Below, piece after piece: positions 35,901 to 47,646 of a DNA stretch of 64,000 nt. This DNA comes from Tetramitus jugosus. Its lineage: Eukaryota > Protista > Heterolobosea. Both the position numbers and the translations under genes were made by a program. The DNA is taken from NCBI GenBank assembly GCA_937625935.1, contig OW569345.1, positions 558,001 through 622,000 on the forward strand. The letters are read 5' to 3'. The number at the start of each line of letters is the position of its first letter. The stretch's first letter is position 1. The notes under the pieces are model-generated. The model did not search any database. It was given only the letters and a program-made list of their open reading frames with translations, and was not told the DNA's origin.

Positions 35901-38028
35901 ATGCCACGAGGCGTGCCTAAGGACGGCAAGAGAAAGAGAAAGAGAGAGACTGTCAAAAAGAATGAATACTCATCACATTACGTGGTCAAGGTCGGTCTGA
36001 AGTCTCTGTTGTTGCATCATCCAACTCTGTTACCAATCATACAGACTCAAGCTCTGGAGATTACAAGGATTGCTCTTCGGCTCACAAGATTTATAAACAT
36101 ATTAGTTTTGAGGCACTTGGAGTCTGACTATCAAATCCCTTTATTAGATCAAGTGTTTCTTCAAAGATTAGGTTCTGTGTTGTTTGGACGCAATTCAAAA
36201 CCAAGAGACAATAACTTAAGTCTCATCAACGAGTCTGTCAACATGGACGATGTAGTAGTCAAACTCAGAAAGATTTATCAGAGTTTTGCCACGTCCATCA
36301 ATTATGTTGCCAGGTCTCTCAATGTCAACATCTCCAACATGCTCAAGTTCACATTGGAACCAAGACTGAGGAAGTATCTGAGGGTCAGAATCAATCAACT
36401 ACACAGTGATTCATCTATCCCAAAGTTAGAACAAAGAAGGGTTGTTGAGTTTATTATCAGAAGGTTGACATTTAGCACTCCAGTCCATGATTTTATCAAA
36501 TTGCCTCCAAAAGAGTTGATAGAGACGATTCCTGTGTTGATCCGAGAGGTTCGAACACTTGTTGGTGCTAAAACTGATGAAGTAATTGATGAATCATTTG
36601 TGAAGAACAACACCAATAACATGCTGAAGTTTTACTGGCATGTTCAACAATTTCTGATCAACAATGATATGAAATCGTTTGCACTACTTCCTTTGTCTCA
36701 TTTCAAGTGCAGGTGTATGGAGATTGGTACAAAGGAATTAGTTGATATGCTTAAACAGAAGAAGAAACAAGGAAGACAAAAGAAGGACGATGAGTCAACT
36801 GAATTGAATTACAATCTCAAGTGTTTGAATGTTGGAACAAAGAAAATTCAGATTGATTCAATCAGAACGGATGGTATCCAGGCCTCTGTTGTCGTCAGAC
36901 ACGAGCTAATTGGAAATCATAAGAATAACAAAGCAAAGGAATCCAAGGACATGAAAGAAGCAAAGAAGAGAAAGAAAGAAGCAAAATTGAATGAAGGTGC
37001 CGAATACTTGATTGGTGTTGATCCTGGTATCGTCACTTTGATGTCTTGTACTGACAGTGATAGTAGAAAGTGGGAGTTCTCCAACAAAACATACAGACAT
37101 CTATCCCATCATTCAAAGAACTCCAAGCGATTGTTGAAATACAAAGCAGAATGGAACGAAATGAATGAGAAGAACTTGGATGAACTCCAAAACTCAATCA
37201 AACAGGCCGGTGTATCAACAAGTGGTCTGTTCCTTGAACACATCAATTCTGTATTGAAAGTCGAGGATGATTTGTTGAATTTTTATTGCACCCCAAAGGT
37301 GAAGAGACTGAATTGGGATAGCTATATAATGAGAGATAAGACGATTGCCAATGTTATGAATGACTTTCGAAAGAGAGCAAATGGAAGAAGCATGTTAATT
37401 GGGATGGGCAATGCTGGTTTTGGTCATTGTTACAAAGGACATGCTCCAACACCAAAAGGGAGCGTCCAGATATTATTTCTTACGCACCCCCTAGGGAGGG
37501 GGTCTGAGAAATTTATTCAATATTTTATTCATAGGGGGTCTCTTGATCCCAATCCTAGTAGGAGAATTAATGTAACGTTCGAATTTACAGGAAAATGTTT
37601 TATTCAAATTTATTCAAAACAGGCAGGGAGGGGGTCAGAGGTGAATATAATATCTGGACGCTCCCAAAGGAAAGCTATTGAAAAAGTTGAATGAGCACTT
37701 CAATGTGAAAATGATCGACGAGTTCATGACAAGTCAGAAATGTCATCATTGCCATTCTCACATGAAGCCAGTCAAGCATAAGAGAATAGACAAGAATGGA
37801 GCGTTGAATGTCTCTGTCGTCCGAGGAGTTAAACAGTGTGCAACCACTAAATGTTTAGTGACTCACAACAGAGACATCAATGCGGCCAAGAACATGCTCC
37901 ATCTACTGAGAACAGAAATGGATGGACAGCCACGTCCCGATGCCTTCAAGAGGAAGAAAAAGGTCGCAAAAGAATTAATCAAAATGGTGGAACACCTCCA
38001 AGGCTCACTCCATCAAGCTGCTATGTAA
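35901..38028 (+). pseudogene. Fanzor1 nuclease disrupted by MITE insertion
   Basis: Collinear with the 638-aa ORF of copy 2; an extra 211 bp shifts the frame between RuvC-I and RuvC-II. Confidence 0.92.
37458..37665. mobile_element. 208-bp MITE with 19-bp perfect TIRs and 3-bp TSD (AAA)
   Basis: GGGAGCGTCCAGATATTAT (37458-37476) and ATAATATCTGGACGCTCCC (37647-37665); the empty site CCAAAAGGAAAG is visible in copy 2. Confidence 0.95.
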
Positions 38029-38136
38029 GTCCCGATTATGTAGGAGCGTTAAGGTGTCTTATCGGGAAATCATAATTTTTTATTATGGTTTGATCGACAG
38101 TAGACCGCCACCTTAATCGATATGATGAAGCTGGTG
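38029..38136 (+). ncRNA. Putative Fanzor omegaRNA (scaffold plus guide), copy 1
   Basis: Stems 38030-36/38061-67 and 38067-76/38082-91; pseudoknot 38049-56/38109-16; conservation with copy 2 ends sharply after TTAA. Confidence 0.75.
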
Positions 38137-38153
38137 CAATCAACTATGTTGAT

Positions 38154-40100
38154 TTATTGTTGTGTGAGTACCATGAATGGATGGAGCCATATCCGGGTTT
38201 GGGTTGGAATTTGAGGTATATTCTGACCAAGATGGGTGTCAAGCAAGGTACTTGGATCTAGAAGTGTAAATAAATGATGATTCTTTTCAACATTATAGGT
38301 GTCCATTCTCACATACTGTGAGAAATTGACTTTGCTATTCATGATCTCAAGCATTGTGAGCATTTATGGCGAAATACATGATGTCATTGACTAAGCCTAG
38401 TTTACTCATCCCGATCTCTCGCTTTTGCACTGACAATCTGGTGCGTGCTCGATGATATCACATATATACAATTGTCCCACGAGGTACACAGAATATAATC
38501 CCCACGATGTCTTATTGATTCTATTGAACCATGAACACGATTCATAGTGAGAGGAGTCTTGACTGGTTGTGTGAAATAGGGTAATTTGTTGGCTTGGGAA
38601 AAGTGTGAAGCCTGTTGTCGATTCCTTGAGTAGTAAAGTAGATTAGTGGATCTTTGAGATGAGAACCATGGCGACACATTCAACAAATGTTCGAACCACA
38701 ATCTTCTCTCGGAGATTAATGCACTCAATTTCTCGTGAGTAGGTGCATCTGGCAGCCACCCACAATTCCTCAGAAAGCTCTGATATTTGATCATATTCAG
38801 ACGCCTCACCGATACCTGTTCTTCGATACCCTCCAGCAACTACTTGTGTGGATGTCAGCCCCATGTTTCTCGTGTCGAATTTCACCTGGAAGAGGTACAA
38901 GTATCGGGACACAATAAAGAATTCCACTACCTTTTTATCCTCACTTATTCTGTATCCTACAGCTCCCAATATATTATCATCAAATTCTCTCGAATGTAGT
39001 AGTCTGAGTTGAGCAGATTGAGGATAATGGTAGAAAACGAGCAGAGAACGTTGAGTTACCAAGAATATGAAGTTCCTGATATTGCGACACCACACCACTG
39101 ATGTTAATACATCGTGCAAGCGATATATGGATAGTAGCTCTGAGCCAGAATACAGGCCAATAGAGTTTTCAGCTATCGCACAGTACATGTTTTCTCTTTC
39201 ATACATCTTCATCTGTTGGAAGGCCAAGAAACGTTCTCCGAAACGATGCTTGATCGAATGATAAATGGTCTTTCCGTTCAATGGGTTCCATACATGGAAT
39301 TGAGTGCTGTGCGTACCTAGAACGAATAATAGGTCAGGTGCAAAGGCATATCGATACCTTTGCTTCCAAAAGTGCAATTCATCATCACCATGCGCAATTG
39401 GCAGAGGTATGTCTCTTGTATAACCTGTCCATGAACAAGCCCAGAAACTACTCTGATAGTGTTCGACAGAATTAACGAGATGATGATAGTGCTTTGAGAC
39501 CAACATGACAGACAATGCAGATCGAGGCATACAGTACAACAAAATATTCATCCAACAATCTTTCGGCAAGGGACCTATCCTTGTATCCAGTTCTTGCCAA
39601 ATAGCATTGCTCAATTCCGGGTGAGTATCCTTCAATTCACACAGATAATCACGATAACTTGCTTCATTCTTCCTATACAAAGGCAGAAATATTTTCAAGT
39701 ATTCAACCCAAAGTGGAGCATTTTTGTCCACTTGAGTCATACATTGTCGTGCAACACTTTCATCCAAAACCTTCTTGCTCAAAATCTCTGATTGATAAAA
39801 GGATAATTGAATCAATCTGACAATGGCCTGTACATAGTATCTATAAACGTGATTTTCTGTTGCAGTCTCAGCGGAACTTTCCACATGACGAAACAGTGAA
39901 ATGGCAGCTTCAATTTGTTTATTGATCGCTGTAGTGTCAGCGATGGCTGCCTTTTGAGAACAGGTGTCAACAGAGTTCTTGAAGCAATTCCAAGATTCCT
40001 CTGCCTCGTTCATCAGGTTCTCCACTTCAAACTCAAAATCGTCCTCTTCAATCTCAAAATCTGAATCTGATCCATCAGAGTCATTGTCATAGTCGATCAT
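38154..40100 (-). CDS. F-box protein with C-terminal beta-propeller/WD40-like region; 3' exon structure uncertain
   Basis: PLPKDCWMNILLY...VMLVSKHY F-box; downstream ORFs contain ILCTSWDNCIYVI. Confidence 0.6.
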
Positions 40101-40246
40101 TTCGATGGATATCTTGAAGGATAAAAGTTTGATCTTTCTTGTGTTTTCTGTTCTGTTCTGTTGTTTCACGGAACAAGTTCTGAATGTATTTTTCCGAAAT
40201 AGATTGGGTGGATACCTCAAGGTTCAAACAGTTATCTCTGAACAAT

Positions 40247-42016
40247 TCAGTACATTCTCACATCGTTGAACAAGATGACTCTAAGACTGAATACAACCAA
40301 TAAGAATACAATTGTGCACTGTTTGATGTGTTGGCCATATGTTTGCAAAACGAAGAAACACCGTAGTAAGAGGATGGAACATACCACAAAGAGGTTGTAA
40401 AACAAGTTTTTGATTGGGATCCATCGACTCACTTCCTTTGAGTTCCACAACACAGCAGTTTCATCGACGAGTCCTGCAAAACTGCTTTCAGAGCCACAAA
40501 AATCGCTAATAAATCGTCCCACAATCACTTCGAAGAAGTGTGAGGTACCATAGGGAAATGCTTGTCTCAGGAAGAGGATATTGTGAGCTGTACCAATAAA
40601 TATACATGATAGCATGTTTGCACGGAAGGTACCCCACTGCACATCTCGCTTCTTTTGTTTGTGTAATGGTAAACCAGATATATACCGACCTGCGAGTGAC
40701 CCTACATTGCACCAAATCATGGAAACAATAAACTCGAACCACATGGTCTTATACGCATGATTACTCACAGATGAAGGCACTAAACGCCAATCATATATCG
40801 AAATAATTGTGACCAGAGCAGCATTAATTAGTGGAAATAAACCCAACAAGAGCATAATGATCACATGCCTCCCTTGAAGGTGCTTTGACGTATGCCTCTT
40901 CCTCTTGATCATTTGTTGGTGAAGATGTTTTTGTAGCTTCTGATCGTGTGTAGTCACCTGCCGTCTCGCTGTTAATTCACCACTACTAACCCCACCAGCA
41001 CGGGTGCTATCACTTTCCGAAGCACCAGTTGCACCATAACCTTTGTGTGTATTATTTCTTTGCAAGAGTGCTCTATACTCCTGCTCTCGCAATATCTGTG
41101 CTTCTTCCATCTGATCTTGCTTGGATAACTCAAATGCCATTCTGTGTTGCTCGTTCTCCATGACAAGTAAATCCCAACTAAACTTGGCACCTGCTTTCCA
41201 ACGCAGAGCAATCAATCGACCAACTTGATAACAAATGAAACTCAAGAACAATGTCGCAAAATAATTAATTGGAGCCTTGAGCCATCCATACTTCATCCCC
41301 AACAATATATCACCATCTTCAATATAGTTTCCAAAACTGGTAAAAACACTCAAAAATCCATTCTTCATCGCGTCGTACATGCAATACGTTTGAAAGTATT
41401 GAAACTTCACTTGTTGGAACGCAGTAATAATGGCAATAAAGAAACATCCGATCGCATTCTTCATCATTGAAGAGATCGAAATACCCCAAACCGAATAATT
41501 CGGTATCCAGAAGCATATGCACGCCGCAAAAGATGACAATAGTACATTCCATAGCAGTGTAAAGAACACGAAATGAATGTATTCGCTGTTTTTGGGATCG
41601 ATGGAACAGAAGCAACTACTCAGACAACAGCAACAACAGCTCGATTCATTTCTGTCTTCTTCTGCGTATTCCTCCTCCACAGATGAACTTTGCTTCAAAA
41701 ACTGGTCAAACCATAGAGACTGCCGTAACACGCTTCTTTTCACTATTTGAAACCATGAAGCTTTTGTGGACTCATCTTGCTTGTTAATACTTAAATGACT
41801 GTCTTCGTCGTCGTTGTAATTGTCATTCGATCCAGAAAAGGCGCGAAAATAATTGTCGCGGAATTGCACAACCATCAGTTTGTTATTCTGACTCAGTGGA
41901 TGATCATGTTCAATCTTCTCCTCATCATACTGATGGTCACCTACCACTTGCACAGAACTACTGTTTTCACCTTCATGCGTTGCTGCCCTCAACCTCGTGC
42001 TTTTGTGTTTTCTCAT
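40247..42016 (-). CDS. Fluoride exporter FEX (two CrcB/Fluc-like domains)
   Basis: NAIGCFFIA...GFLSVFTSF and WGTFRANMLSCIFIG...FCGSESSF duplicated Fluc-like motifs. Confidence 0.65.
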   Translation of the reverse strand: MRKHKSTRLRAATHEGENSSSVQVVGDHQYDEEKIEHDHPLSQNNKLMVVQFRDNYFRAFSGSNDNYNDDEDSHLSINKQDESTKASWFQIVKRSVLRQSLWFDQFLKQSSSVEEEYAEEDRNESSCCCCCLSSCFCSIDPKNSEYIHFVFFTLLWNVLLSSFAACICFWIPNYSVWGISISSMMKNAIGCFFIAIITAFQQVKFQYFQTYCMYDAMKNGFLSVFTSFGNYIEDGDILLGMKYGWLKAPINYFATLFLSFICYQVGRLIALRWKAGAKFSWDLLVMENEQHRMAFELSKQDQMEEAQILREQEYRALLQRNNTHKGYGATGASESDSTRAGGVSSGELTARRQVTTHDQKLQKHLHQQMIKRKRHTSKHLQGRHVIIMLLLGLFPLINAALVTIISIYDWRLVPSSVSNHAYKTMWFEFIVSMIWCNVGSLAGRYISGLPLHKQKKRDVQWGTFRANMLSCIFIGTAHNILFLRQAFPYGTSHFFEVIVGRFISDFCGSESSFAGLVDETAVLWNSKEVSRWIPIKNLFYNLFVVCSILLLRCFFVLQTYGQHIKQCTIVFLLVVFSLRVILFNDVRMY

Positions 42017-42208
42017 GTGTGATTCTATTTTTCCGATTGCAACAAACCACGTGGTATTTTTCCAATGCCGCGGCAAGATCATCAAACAAGAACTTGAAAA
42101 ATAGCTAAAAACTCCTCACTCCTCACAGAGATTGAAACCAACAACAACACAAAAACATCAAATTAGATATTGTTCGTTCAACGAGTGACTCTCACCACCA
42201 CCACCATC

Positions 42209-44043
42209 ATGGCTGCAATTCGCTTAAGAACGTATGCAGCGATTTCTCTCTTTCTCACAACCATTCTCGTTGCGAATGCTGCGAATCAGTTTCAACAGTT
42301 TTATCCAACTGTGGTCCATCTCGTGACATCCAAAGTGAGCAGAATTGTGTTGATCAATGATGCCATTCTGTTGGTTGTACTGTTTGGTATTGGATTCAAA
42401 TCTTTGTTCTTTGGAACGCTCAGAACTTATGAAGAAGAGGTATGATGATATTTTTGTTTGAGTGATTTTTGATCTTCAAAGATCATCAAGCTTACAACAG
42501 TTTTTTTTTTCAAAATGAATGACCAATGTTGTTGTTGTCTGTTTCTGTTTCTGTTGTGTGTACGTACACATAGAAAACTTGGGAGAATGCCTATGTAACA
42601 CTGATTGAAACCTGTTTAGCTCTCACCATTTTTCGAGGTGAGATGTCATCAGTGATATTCACCATGTTTGTTTCGATGCTCTTTTTGAAGATTTTTCATT
42701 GGATTGCCCAGATGCGAGTTCAATATGTATGTAGTAGATGTGACGTTCAATGCAAAACTTATTGTAATGTCTGTCAAAGCAGGTTCTCATCCCATTCTTC
42801 TATTTTTTGTTTTGTTGCTATGATTATTGTTGTTGTTGTTCGATTGTCTTTATGTTTGTTTGAATAGATTGAGTCATTGCCCACAACATCAAAAATGACA
42901 TTTGCTCGATTGTATTCTCTCATGACTATACTTTTGGCGATCGATGGGACTTTTTCCTATGTTCTCGTGGGGCATTGGTTGCAGAATGGACCAACAGTTC
43001 GAGTGCTCTTCCTCACAGAGTATCTAGTTATGTGTGTCAAAGCTCTGTCAACCACCATGAGGCTCAATTTCCATGCCTACAACCTGTACAAACAACGACA
43101 ACAGGAGTCGTTGCGAAGGAGACAACAGGAACAAAGGAGACAGCAAAATGTGGGTGCAGCTGCTGATGAGGACAATGCAGATGATGTGGAAGTGTCCGGA
43201 TGGGACAATCATAATGTTTCCATCTTTTATTTGGACATTGCAGCAGACTTGTTGCAATCGGCCATTTACATTGGATTCTTTATTGTTATAATGACAAAGT
43301 ATGGATTGCCCATTCATTTGATACGTGATATTTATATGGCCATTCGATCAGCAAAGAAGAGAATCACAGATTTGATCAACTATAGGAGATTAGTGAGTAA
43401 TCTGGATCAGAGATTCCCTGATGCGACTCCAGAGGAACTATCTGGAGGTCCTTTGTGTGTAGTCTGCAGAGAAGAGCTGAGAACCAATGTAAAGAAATTG
43501 CCATGTGGTCACTTGTTCCATTCGAATTGTCTGAGAGGATGGTTGGAACAAACTCAAGAGTGTCCGACTTGTCGTGCTCCAGTCGATCGAGAAGCCTACG
43601 ATAATTACTTGCGAGAGAGAAATCAAATGCGTCCACGATCTAGTTCAAGCAATGTGAATGCAGTACCAGAACAACCTCCTCAAACCTCGCAAACACAACC
43701 ACAACAGCCACAACAACCTCAAACTGCTTCAGCTACGACCTATCAGGAACTACTATCTAATTATCTGCGGGAGCAACAAAGGGTGTCATCTGGTTCAGCT
43801 CAATCATCGTCACAACAGGCAATGCCAATGAACTTTAATCCATACATGATGTCCATGATGGGTGGTGTTTTTAATCAACCAAACACAGTCGAACAAGAGC
43901 AGGAAATGCTGCTGGATGGTGCCACACGCCAAAACTCTGCACAAAAGATCATGACAAACATGTACATACAATATTTAGAGAACTCCAGAAAGATCATCGA
44001 TTCAACATTGGAACAATTGAGATCTATACAGCATGAAGAGTAA
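42209..44043 (+). CDS. HRD1: ERAD E3 ligase Hrd1/synoviolin; introns 42440-42573 and 42727-42867
   Basis: QFYPTVVHL, FFGTLR.YEEE, LKIFHW, YGLPIHLIRD, FPDATPEEL, RING-H2 CVVCREE...PCGHLFH..CL..W...CPTCR. Confidence 0.95.
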
Positions 44044-44469
44044 ACTGTTATTCCTGTATCTGGTAACTGATTGATCCACATGTGAGCAGAGCAGTGGTAG
44101 TTCCAGCTTGATTCATGTTAATCTCACCTTTCCATGCAATAAACAAACAAATTGCACAGCCAGTTCGTAGATCAATTCTCATAGGAACCGAATCTAAAAC
44201 AGATGTCGATCTGGCATTTCCTACGTGTCGATGTGAGGGTTTTGCAGTATTGGGCCAAAAGCGAGAGGACAAAAAATTCCGTCATAGATCCCTCTCGCTC
44301 GACTCTCCATTCATGAGCAAGTCCTGTCACGTCGCGATAATAACACCGCCGCGGAGGTGTTCGCCCTGTGTGGACAACTGATTTTTAAAAATCCCAAATT
44401 GCAACGAAAAAACTTCCATCCATCATCCAACAACATAACAACATCAACCACCCGTACCATACTATTAAA

Positions 44470-45480
44470 ATGAAGAAGGTTATCCTCTCTCTCTTATTGC
44501 TTGTTGCTTTGTTTGCTGCTTATGCCAGCGCAAAGAAGGGCTCCTCTGCCACTTGTGTCTCCAAGTGTCTCACTTCCAACGCTGATGCTGCTGTCAAGCC
44601 AACCAAGCAAGAAGTTGCAGAGTGTATCAAGGCTTGCATCCCTCAAAAGACAAAGATTGACTGGTCCAAGAAATTGAACAAGTTGACCTCCAAGCTCGAC
44701 AAGGTTGCTCAAGACTTGTTGAACAGAGATGTTCAAAAGCAAGCTGCTGTCTTGTCTGACGAAGTTGTTGAAGTAAGTGAACAAGCCATCTTGTCTGACT
44801 CTGCTTCCTCTATCAACAATGGTGATACCTTGCAAGCTACCGCTGGACTCAACATCCGTGCTGGTCCTTGCACCAGCTACGGCATTGTCGGTGGATTGGC
44901 CGTTGGTCAAACCACTCGTTACACTGGTAGTGCCCAATCTGGATGTGGATACACTTGGTACTCTATCCCTAATGGATGGGTTGCCTCCAACTTTGTCAAG
45001 GTTGTTGGTGGTGGCGGTGGCTGCTCCACCAGAGCCTATCCATTGTTCAAGCAATGCGATTCCAGATGGGGAGGCAATGCCCTTGGTGGATCCTCTGTTT
45101 GCAGAATTGGATGCTTGATGAGCTCTGTTTCCATGGCTATGAACGGTCTTGGTAAGACTATCAACGGTCAATCCTCTAACCCAGGTACTTTGAACCAATT
45201 CTTGAGAGCCAATGGTGGATACTATGGTGACTTGTTCGTCTGGGGATCTGTCTCCAGATTCGGATTGAGATACATTGGTCAACCATCCAACAAGGCTGAG
45301 ATCAAGAACCACGTCTGTGCCAACAATGTTGTCATCTTGAATGTCAACAGTGGTGGTCACTGGGTTTTGGCTACTGGTGTCAGTGCTGACGGATCTACCT
45401 TCTATGTCAATGACCCTGGCTACAGCAGAACTTCCTACAGTGCTGGAGAAGTTGGTGTTGCTGGTGTCTTCACATTGTAA
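44470..45480 (+). CDS. Secreted SH3b plus peptidase C39-like protein
   Basis: Signal peptide; LNIRAGP...GWVASNFV (bacterial SH3); FKQCDSRW...GCLMSS...GHWVL...NDPG (Cys-His-Asp). Confidence 0.8.
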   Translation: MKKVILSLLLLVALFAAYASAKKGSSATCVSKCLTSNADAAVKPTKQEVAECIKACIPQKTKIDWSKKLNKLTSKLDKVAQDLLNRDVQKQAAVLSDEVVEVSEQAILSDSASSINNGDTLQATAGLNIRAGPCTSYGIVGGLAVGQTTRYTGSAQSGCGYTWYSIPNGWVASNFVKVVGGGGGCSTRAYPLFKQCDSRWGGNALGGSSVCRIGCLMSSVSMAMNGLGKTINGQSSNPGTLNQFLRANGGYYGDLFVWGSVSRFGLRYIGQPSNKAEIKNHVCANNVVILNVNSGGHWVLATGVSADGSTFYVNDPGYSRTSYSAGEVGVAGVFTL

Positions 45481-45714
45481 GGTTGCAGACTCGACGTTTT
45501 TTTTTGCTCCCTTGGCTACAATAGCCGAAGCAATGAAATAAAGATGAGATTGTAATCCAGTTCATGACTTTTACTGGTCGTTCGCACTTTGACATTGTTG
45601 AACTCGATTTGCGCGTGGGAGAATTTTTTGAATAACGCCGGCCTCTTTGATTTGCTTTTCTGGTTTTGCAAGGGAGAAAACAGAACAACAACATCTTTTT
45701 TAAACCTTGTCGAA

Positions 45715-47574
45715 ATGCATCACCATCGTTATCGTTCCTTGCTGAAATCAAAGAATAAGTTGAATTCGTTCTTGCATCACGATGCAAACAAAAACTCCAT
45801 TGTAAACTATGTATCATCAAGCGCCAAAAGCCTTTACAATTCAGACAATGGCGCCAAAATTCGCATCACCACTGAGCTCTGTGATAATCAAGTGCCATCC
45901 AAGACTATTCTGCACTACTTTACCTCCCAAGTGTCAAAGAATCAAGAAGCTTTCAAAACGTCCATCACCAATGAAAGAATCAGTCCTCTGTTCAAGACCA
46001 CTTACACGTATGGTGATATGAGTATGCTCAGCTCTCAATTTGGCCAATTTCTCTCTCAAGAGCTAAAGCTAAAGAAACAAGATCGTGTTGCTGTGATGCT
46101 CCCCAAGACACCTGAGCTCATGATCAGTGCACTCGGTATTTGGAGGTGTGGTGCAACATATGTGCCTCTGTTTACTGCTTTTGGGCCTGAAGCAATCATG
46201 CATCGAATGAATGATTGTGGTGCTCAGATTATTATTACAGATGAGAATAATCGTGCCAAATTGGATCAAATCCCAGAGATTGTCTCCAATGATCGCATCA
46301 AGATTATCACTGTCCATCATGGTCATTCTCCAGCTCGAGGAGTGTCGTTATCTTCCAAGAAGGGAGCAAAAGAGTATGACTTTTATGGAGATGCACTTTC
46401 TGCCACATCAAGCAACAATGCATCCATCATGGAGTGTGAGCCTGTCAAACCAGATGATTGCATGATCTTATTGTACACCTCTGGAACAACTGGCAAACCA
46501 AAGGGTGTCATGGTAACAGCCAAGGCATTGAATGCGTTTGAAACATACATGACACTTGGACTCCATTTCAAGGATGAGCGATATGCCAATGATTCCCTTC
46601 GATTTTGGAATTTGGCTGACACTGGATGGGCCTATGGAATGTACTATGGATTGATTGGACCGTTGCTCCATGGAGAAACGACACGATTTGTCAATGCGCC
46701 ATTCAAACCTGCAACAGTGTATTCCGTTTTGGAACAGGAACAGATTAACAACTTTGCTGCTGCTCCCACAGCGTATCGAGCAATGATGGCTGAAGGTGAT
46801 TCACTCATCAAAAAGTACAATTTCTTTGTCGACCGTGCATCATCTGCGGGTGAACCGTTGAACCCAGAAGCCATTCGATTCTTTGAGAAATACTGGGGTG
46901 CGAGAGTTCATGACCACTATGGTCAAACAGAATCAGGTATGACTGTCTGTCAATTGCATCATCCAGATCATGCATCAGACTTGAGCTTTACCTCAATGGG
47001 AAAAGCAATGTCAGGATTTAATATGAAGATTCTTGACAGTGACCTGAATGAAATCACCAAGTCCAATGTGTCCGGTTTGTTAGCGATCGATGTACCAAAT
47101 TCTCCACTCAACTTCTTTGGAGGCTATTGGAACTCTGAGAGTAAGACGAAGGAACGTGTGGTTAGGAGAAGTGATGGTCACGTGTTTGAATTGACGGGAG
47201 ATACTGCGTGGAGGGATGAACAAGGTCATTTCTTCTTTGGTGGCCGAGCAGATGACGTCATTACATCATCTGGATTCCGCGTAGGACCAAAAGAGATTGA
47301 AGATGTACTCATTGAACATCCAGCTGTGAAGGAATCTGGTGTTGTTGGAAAGCCCGATGAACTTCGAGGTGAAGCAATCGTTGCTTTCGTTGTATTATTA
47401 AAGGGGCACTCAGCATCTGAACCACTTGCTGAAGAGTTGAAGATGCATGTGAAGGATAAGCTTGCTCGTCACCTTGCACCAAAGGAGATACAATTTGTTG
47501 ATGACTTGCCATACACTGAAGCAGGAAAGATTCGACGTAATGTATTGAGACAAAGACTGTTGCAGCAACAATAA
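45715..47574 (+). CDS. Acyl-CoA synthetase (AMP-binding, short/medium chain)
   Basis: YTSGTTGKPKG, SAGEPLNPE, YGQTE, TGD, GRADD, GKIRR motifs. Confidence 0.92.
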   Translation: MHHHRYRSLLKSKNKLNSFLHHDANKNSIVNYVSSSAKSLYNSDNGAKIRITTELCDNQVPSKTILHYFTSQVSKNQEAFKTSITNERISPLFKTTYTYGDMSMLSSQFGQFLSQELKLKKQDRVAVMLPKTPELMISALGIWRCGATYVPLFTAFGPEAIMHRMNDCGAQIIITDENNRAKLDQIPEIVSNDRIKIITVHHGHSPARGVSLSSKKGAKEYDFYGDALSATSSNNASIMECEPVKPDDCMILLYTSGTTGKPKGVMVTAKALNAFETYMTLGLHFKDERYANDSLRFWNLADTGWAYGMYYGLIGPLLHGETTRFVNAPFKPATVYSVLEQEQINNFAAAPTAYRAMMAEGDSLIKKYNFFVDRASSAGEPLNPEAIRFFEKYWGARVHDHYGQTESGMTVCQLHHPDHASDLSFTSMGKAMSGFNMKILDSDLNEITKSNVSGLLAIDVPNSPLNFFGGYWNSESKTKERVVRRSDGHVFELTGDTAWRDEQGHFFFGGRADDVITSSGFRVGPKEIEDVLIEHPAVKESGVVGKPDELRGEAIVAFVVLLKGHSASEPLAEELKMHVKDKLARHLAPKEIQFVDDLPYTEAGKIRRNVLRQRLLQQQ

Positions 47575-47646
47575 TCAACCCAATGTACACTATTGTATAT
47601 AAAATTAATGGATTGTGAAGGTACAAAATAAACGATCCGATTTAAT

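Larger units (their letters stand above)
34048..38112 (+). mobile_element. Fanzor1 element copy 1 (non-autonomous, cargo-carrying); left boundary tentative
   Basis: Near-identical to the reverse complement of 57330-60961 over 34130-38116. Right end ACCGCCACC-TTAA; candidate left junction TTAA-GGT at 34044-34050. Confidence 0.85.

Noticed and set aside
38113-38133. Copy 1 right flank (TTAATCGATATGATGAAGCTG) partly resembles the copy 2 left junction (TTAAGGACATATCTTGAAGCTG)
   Set aside because: Mismatches and a gap fall in the TAM-proximal seed; could be chance, so not claimed as guide-directed targeting.
44494-45360. Long antisense ORFs (also opposite GAR1, polyubiquitin, ADH and GH81)
   Set aside because: Shadow ORFs caused by codon bias or repeats of the real genes.
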